A stretch of DNA of 64,000 bases from Eledone cirrhosa (Eukaryota): assembly GCA_964016885.1 (NCBI GenBank), contig OZ024754.1:21080001-21144000 (forward strand). The letters are read 5' to 3'. A program made the translations under genes and the position numbers. Shown here piece after piece: positions 57,691 through 64,000 of the stretch. The notes under the pieces are model-generated. The model was not told the DNA's origin, made no database searches, and saw nothing but the letters and a program-made list of their open reading frames with translations. The stretch's first letter is position 1. Each line of letters begins with the position of its first letter.

Positions 57691-60600
57691 ACATAGACTC
57701 CCTTCCATATTACCCTTGGTATTAACATAGACACCCTCCCATATTACCTTTGGTATTATGATAGGGACACCCTCCCATATTACCCTTGGTATTAACATAG
57801 ACTCCCTCCCATATTACCCTTGGTATTAACATAGACTCCCTCCCATATTTGCCTTGGTATTAACATAGGGACTCCCTCCTATATTACCCTTAGTATTAAC
57901 ATAGACTCCCTCCCATATTACCCTTGGTATTAACATAGACTCCCTCCCATGTTAGCCTTGGTATTAACATAGACTCCCTCCCATATTAGCCTTGGTATTA
58001 ACATAGACTCCCTCCCATATTACCCTTGATATTATCATAGGGACTCCCTCCCATATTACCCTTGGTATTAACATAGACACCCTCCCATATTACCCTTGGT
58101 ATTAACATAGGGACTCCCTCCCATATTACCCTTGGTATTAACATAGAGACCCCCCCCCCATATTACCCTTGGTATTAACATAGACTCCCTCCCATATTTC
58201 CCTTGGTATTAACATAGGGACTCCCTCCCATATTACCCTTGGTGTTAACATAGACTCCCTCCCATATTACCCTTGGTATTAACATAGACTCCCTCCCATA
58301 TTAGCCTTCGTATTAACATAGGGACTCCCTCCCATATTTCCCTTGGTATTAACATAGGGACTCCCTCCCATATTACCCTTGGTATTAACATAGACTCCAT
58401 CCCATATTACCCTTGGTATTAACATAGACTCCCTCCCATATTAGCCTTCGTATTAACATAGGGACTCCCTCCCATATTACCCTTGGTATTAACATAGGGA
58501 CTCCCTCCCATATTAGACTTGGTATTAACATAGACTCCCTCCCATATTACGCTTGGTATTATCATAGGGTCTCCCTCCCATATTACCCTTGGTATTAACA
58601 TAGACTCCCTTCCATATTACCCTTAGTATTAACATAGACACCCTCCCATATTACCTTTGGTATTATGATAGGGACACCCTCCCATATTACCCTTGGTATT
58701 AACATAGACTCCCTCCCATATTACCCTTGGTATTAACATAGACTCCCTCCCATGTTAGCCTTGGTATTAACATAGACTCCCTCCTATATTAGCCTTGGTA
58801 TTAACATAGACTCCCTCCCATATTACGCTTGGTATGAACATTGGGACTCCCTCCTAAATTAGACTTGGTATTAACATAGACTCCCTCCCATATCACCCTT
58901 GGTATAAACGTGCACTCCCTTCTATATCAGACGTGGTATTAACATAGGGACTCCCTCCCATATTAGCCTTGGTATTAACATAGGGACTCCCTCTCATATT
59001 AGACTTGGTATTAAAATAGACTCCCTCCCATATTAGACTTGGTATTAACATAGGGACTCCCTCCCATATTACCCTTGGTATTAACATAGGGAGTCCCTCA
59101 CATATTACCCTTGGTATTAACATAGAGACACCCTCCCATATTACCCTTGGTATTAACATTGGGACTCCCTCCTAAAGTAGATTTGGTATTAACATAGACT
59201 GCCTCCCATATTACCCTTGGTATTAACATAGACTCCCTCCCATATTAGAATTGGTATTAATATAGAGACTCCCTCCCATATTACCCTTGGTATTAACATA
59301 GACTCCCTCCCATATTAGACTTGGTATTAATATAGACACCCTCCCATATTACCCTTGGTATTAACATAGACTACCTCAAATATTACCCTTGTTATTAATA
59401 TAGAGACTCCCTCCCATATTACCCTTGGTATTAACATAGACTCCCTCCCATATTACCCTTGGTATTAACATAGGGACTCCCTCCCATATTACCCTTGGTA
59501 TTAACATAGAGACCCCCCCCATATTACCCTTGGTATTAACATAGACTCCCTCCCATATTACCCTTGGTATTAACATAGACTCCCTCACATATTACCCTTG
59601 GCTTTAACAGACTCCCTCCCATATTACCGTTGGTATTAATATAGGGACTCCCTCCCATATTAGCCTTGGTATTAACATAGGGACTCCCTCCCATATTAGC
59701 CTTGGTATTAACATAGACTCCATCCCATATTACCCTTGGTATTAATATAGACTCCCTCCCATATTACCCTTGGTACTAACATAGAGTCCCTCCCATATTA
59801 CCCTTGGTATTAACATAGGGACTCCCTCCTATATTAGACTTGGTATTAACATAGATTCCCTCCCATATTACCCTTGGTATTAACATGCACTCCCTTCTAT
59901 ATTAGTCGTGGTATTAAAATAGGGACTCGCTCCCATATTACCCTTGGTATTAACATAGGGCCTCCCTCCCATATTAGACTTGGTATTAACATAGACTCCC
60001 TCCCATATTAGACTTGGTATTAACATAGACTCCCTCCCATATTACCCTTGGTATTAACATAGGGACTCCCTCACATATTACCCTTGGTATTAACATAGGG
60101 ACTCCCTCCCATATTAGCCTTGGTATTAACATAGACTCCCTCCCATATTACCCTTGGTGTTAACATAGACTCCCTCCCATATTTCCCTTGGTATTAACAT
60201 AGGGACTCCCTCCCATATTACCCTTGGTATTAACATAGACTCCATCCCATATTACCCTTGGTATTAACATAGACTCCCTCCTTTTTAGCCTTCGTATTAA
60301 CATAGGGACTCCCTCCCATATTACCCTTGGTATTAACATAGGGACTCCCTCCCATATTAGACTTGGTATTAACATAGACTCCCTCCCATATTACCCTTGG
60401 TATTATCATAGGGACTCCCTCCCATATTACCCTTGGTATTAACATAGACTCCCTTCCATATTACCCTTGGTATTAACATAGACACCCTCCCATATTACCT
60501 TTGGTATTATGATAGGGACACCCTCCCATATTACCCTTGGTATTAACATAGACTCCCTCCCATATTACCCTTGGTATTAACATAGACTCCCTCCCATATT

Positions 60601-63600
60601 TGCCTTGGTATTAACATAGGGACTCCCTCCTATATTACCCTTAGTATTAACATAGACTCCCTCCCATATTACCCTTGGTATTAACATAGACTCCCTCCCA
60701 TGTTAGCCTTGGTATTAACATAGACTCCCTCCCATATTAGCCTTGGTATTAACATAGACTCCCTCCCATATTACCCTTGGTATTATCATAGGGACTCCCT
60801 CCCATATTACCCTTTGTATTAACATAGAGACCCCCCCCATATTACCCTTGGTATTAACATAGACTCCCTCCCATATTACCCTTGGTATTAACATAGACTC
60901 CCTCACATATTACCCTTGGTATTAACATAGACTCCCTCCCATATTACCGTTGGTATTAATATAGGGACTCCCTCCCATATTAGCCATGGTATTAACATAG
61001 GGACTCCCTCCCATATTAGCCTTGGTATTAACATAGACTCCCTCACATATTACCCTTGGTATTAACATAGACTCCCTCCCATATTACCCTTGGTATTAAC
61101 ATAGGCACTCCCTCCCATATTTCCCTTGGTATTAACATAGACTCCCTCCCATATTACCCTTGGTATTAACATAGACTCCCTCCCATATTAGCCTTCGTAT
61201 TAACATAGGGACTCCCTCCCATATTACCCTTGGTATTAACATAGACTCCCTCCCATATTAGACTTGGTATTAACATAGGGACTCCCTCCCATATTACCCT
61301 TGGTATTAACATAGACTCCCTCCCATATTACCCTTGGTATTAACATAGGGACTCCCTCCCATATTACCCTTGGTATTAACATAGAGACCCCCCCCCATAT
61401 TACCCTTGGTATTAACATAGACTCCCTCCCATATTTCCCTTGGTATTAACATAGGGACTCCCTCCCATATTACCCTTGGTATTAACATAGACTCCCTCCC
61501 ATATTACCCTTGGTATTAACATAGACTCCCTCCCATATTAGCCTTCGTATTAACATAGGGACTCCCTCCCATATTTCCCTTGGTATTAACATAGGGACTC
61601 CCTCCCATATTACCCTTGGTATTAACATAGACTCCATCCCATATTACCCTTGGTATTAACATAGACTCCCTCCCATATTAGCCTTCGTATTAACATAGGG
61701 ACTCCCTCCCATATTACCCTTGGTATTAACATAGGGACTCCCTCCCATATTAGACTTGGTATTAACATAGACTCCCTCCCATATTACCCTTGGTATTATC
61801 ATAGGGTCTCCCTCCCATATTACCCTTGGTATTAACATAGACTCCCTTCCATATTACCCTTAGTATTAACATAGACACCCTCCCATATTACCTTTGGTAT
61901 TATGATAGGGACACCCTCCCATATTACCCTTGGTATTAACATAGACTCCCTCCCATATTACCCTTGGTATTAACATAGACTCCCTCCCATGTTAGCCTTG
62001 GTATTAACATAGACTCCCTCCTATATTAGCCTTGGTATTAACATAGACTCCCTCCCATATTACGCTTGGTATGAACATTGGGACTCCCTCCTAAATTAGA
62101 CTTGGTATTAACATAGACTCCCTCCCATATTACCCTTGGTATAAACGTGCACTCCCTTCTATATCAGACGTGGTATTAACATAGGGACTCCCTCCCATAT
62201 TAGCCTTGGTATTAACATAGGGACTCCCTCTCATATTAGACTTGGTATTAACATAGACTCCCTCCCATATTAGACTTGGTATTAACATAGGGACTCCCTC
62301 CCATATAACCCTTGGTATTAACATAGGGAGTCCCTCACATATTACCCTTGGTATTAACATAGAGACACCCTCCCATATTACCCTTGGTATTAACATTGGG
62401 ACTCCCTCCTAAAGTAGATTTGGTATTAACATAGACTGCCTCCCATATTACCCTTGGTATTAACATAGGGACTCCCTCCCACATTACACTTGGTATTAAT
62501 ATAGAGACTCCCTCCCATATTACCCTTGGTATTAACATAGACTCCCTCCCATATTAGAATTGGTATTAATATAGAGACTCCCTCCCATATTACCCTTGGT
62601 ATTAACATAGACTCCCTCCCATATTAGACTTGGTATTAATATAGACTCCCTCCCATATTACCCTTGGTATTAACATAGACTACCTCAAATATTACCCTTG
62701 TTATTAATATAGAGACTCCCTCCCATATTACCCTTGGTATTAACATAGACTCCCTCCCATATTAGACTTGGTATTAATATAGAGACTCCCTCCCATATTA
62801 CCCTTGGTATTAACATAGACTCCCTCCCATATTACACTTGGTATTAACATAGGGACTCCCTCCCATATTACCCTTGGTATTAACATAGAGACCCCCCCCC
62901 CCATATTACCCTTGGTATTAACATAGACTCCCTCCCATATTACCCTTGGTATTAACATAGACTCCCTCACATATTACCCTTGGCTTTAACAGACTCCCTC
63001 CCATATTACCGTTGGTATTAATATAGGGACTCCCTCCCATATTAGCCTTGGTATTAACATAGGGACTCCCTCCCATATTAGCCTTGGTATTAACATAGAC
63101 TCCATCCCATATTACCCTTGGTATTAATATAGACTCCCTCCCATATTACCCTTGGTACTAACATAGAGTCCCTCCCATATTACCCTTGGTATTAACATAG
63201 GGACTCCCTCCTATATTAGACTTGGTATTAACATAGATTCCCTCCCATATTACCCTTGGTATTAACATGCACTCCCTTCTATATTAGTCGTGGTATTAAA
63301 ATAGGGACTCGCTCCCATATTACCCTTGGTATTAACATAGGGCCTCCCTCCCATATTAGACTTGGTATTAACATAGACTCCCTCCCATATTAGACTTGGT
63401 ATTAACATAGACTCCCTCCCATATTACCCTTGGTATTAACATAGGGACTCCCTCATATATTACCCTTGGTATTAACATAGACTCCCTCCCATATTACCCT
63501 TGGTGTTAACATAGACTCCCTCCCACATTTCACTTGGTATTAACATAGGGACTCCCTCCCATATTACCCTTGGTATTAACATAGACTCCATCCCATATTA

Positions 63601-64000
63601 CCCTTGGTATTAACATAGACTCCCTCCTATATTAGCCTTCGTATTAACATAGGGACTCCCTCCCATATTACCCTTGGTATTAACATAGGGACTCCCTCCC
63701 ATATTAGACTTGGTATTAACATAGACTCCCTCCCATATTACCCTTGGTATTATGATAGGGACACCCTCCCATATTACCCTTGGTATTAACATAGACTCCC
63801 TCCCATATTACCCTTGGTATTAACATAGACTCCCTCCCATGTTAGCCTTGGTATTAACATAGACTCCCTCCCATATTAGCCTTGGTATTAACATAGACTC
63901 CCTCCCATATTACCCTTGGTATGAACATTGGGACTCCCTCCTAAATTAGACTTGGTATTATCATAGACTCCCTCCCATATTACCCTTGGTATTAACATAG
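55100..64000. repeat. ~2.75-3.24 kb higher-order units, about 3 irregular copies
   Basis: ORF offsets 55247/58419 (3172), 58419/61656 (3237) and 57409/60160 (2751). Landmarks alternate at ~55737, 57133, 58909, 59884, 62146 and 63267. Confidence 0.75.

Larger units (their letters stand above)
3242..62902 (+). repeat. Recurrent poly-C monomer (GAGA-C8-12-ATATT), about 30 dispersed copies
   Basis: For example C10 at 3242, C9 at 5166, C11 at 13928, C8 at 34070, C12 at 35852, C12 at 54976, C11 at 62892. It derives from CTCCCTCCC by loss of both interrupting Ts. Confidence 0.93.
1..64000. repeat. Tandem satellite DNA array, 34/36-bp monomer (consensus TTACCCTTGGTATTAACATA[GG/GA]GACTCCCTCCCATA), single orientation, running off both window ends
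   Basis: Positions 1-34 repeat directly at 35-68 and throughout the window. Monomers differ mainly by point substitutions, a 2-bp GG/GA indel and rare 1-6 bp indels. I saw no unique non-repeat segment anywhere. Confidence 0.99.

Noticed and set aside
221-63792. The many short ORFs in the track (60-112 aa; MLIPRVIWEGV..., MVLT...)
   Set aside because: They are direct translations of the satellite, overlap in several frames, are bounded by 34/36 frameshifts and show no recognisable domain or gene structure.
1-64000. CRISPR array (repeat length of 34-36 bp is CRISPR-like)
   Set aside because: Monomers abut directly with no unique spacers, and there is no leader or cas gene. The variation is point substitution within a single consensus.
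1-64000. Telomeric repeat (TTACCC resembles TAACCC; C-rich strand)
   Set aside because: The hexamer occurs once per monomer and never in tandem. The kilobase-scale inherited variant order argues for recombinational amplification, not telomerase synthesis. A subtelomeric location is not excluded.
1-64000. Diversity-generating or antigenic-variation cassette system
   Set aside because: There is no expression locus, reverse transcriptase, recombinase or long ORF, and variants are copied faithfully within duplicated blocks rather than being hypervariable.
1-64000. Nucleosome-length (~175 bp, 5-monomer) periodicity
   Set aside because: Five monomers give about 174 bp arithmetically, but I see no regular 5-monomer pattern of variants. 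MNase data would be needed.

Overview
The whole 64-kb window is one uninterrupted, head-to-tail tandem satellite array. It is built from a 34-bp monomer (TTACCCTTGGTATTAACATAGACTCCCTCCCATA, about 41% GC, C-rich on the + strand) interspersed with 36-bp variants carrying an extra GG or GA (CATAGGGACT / CATAGAGACT), roughly 1,800+ monomers in total. I see no protein-coding gene, RNA gene, transposon, CRISPR spacer or inversion. Every ORF in the track is a translation of the repeat (MLIPRVIWEGVP / YVNTKGNMGGSP frames switched by 34-mers). The interest lies in the architecture: (i) a hidden 12-bp subunit inside the 36-mer; (ii) diagnostic variant monomers in a conserved order, defining an irregular ~2.5-3.2 kb higher-order repeat that itself contains paralogous landmark cassettes; (iii) recent overlapping tandem duplications of about 1.09, 2.06, 2.7, 4.02, 4.12 and 4.42 kb plus a ~9.4-10.7 kb repeat; (iv) regional domains with private variants; (v) variable poly-C (minus-strand poly-G) tracts and G-quadruplex potential. 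This looks like eukaryotic heterochromatic satellite DNA, but I cannot identify the organism or a named satellite family. All counts and boundaries were read by eye and from ORF-track offsets and are approximate.
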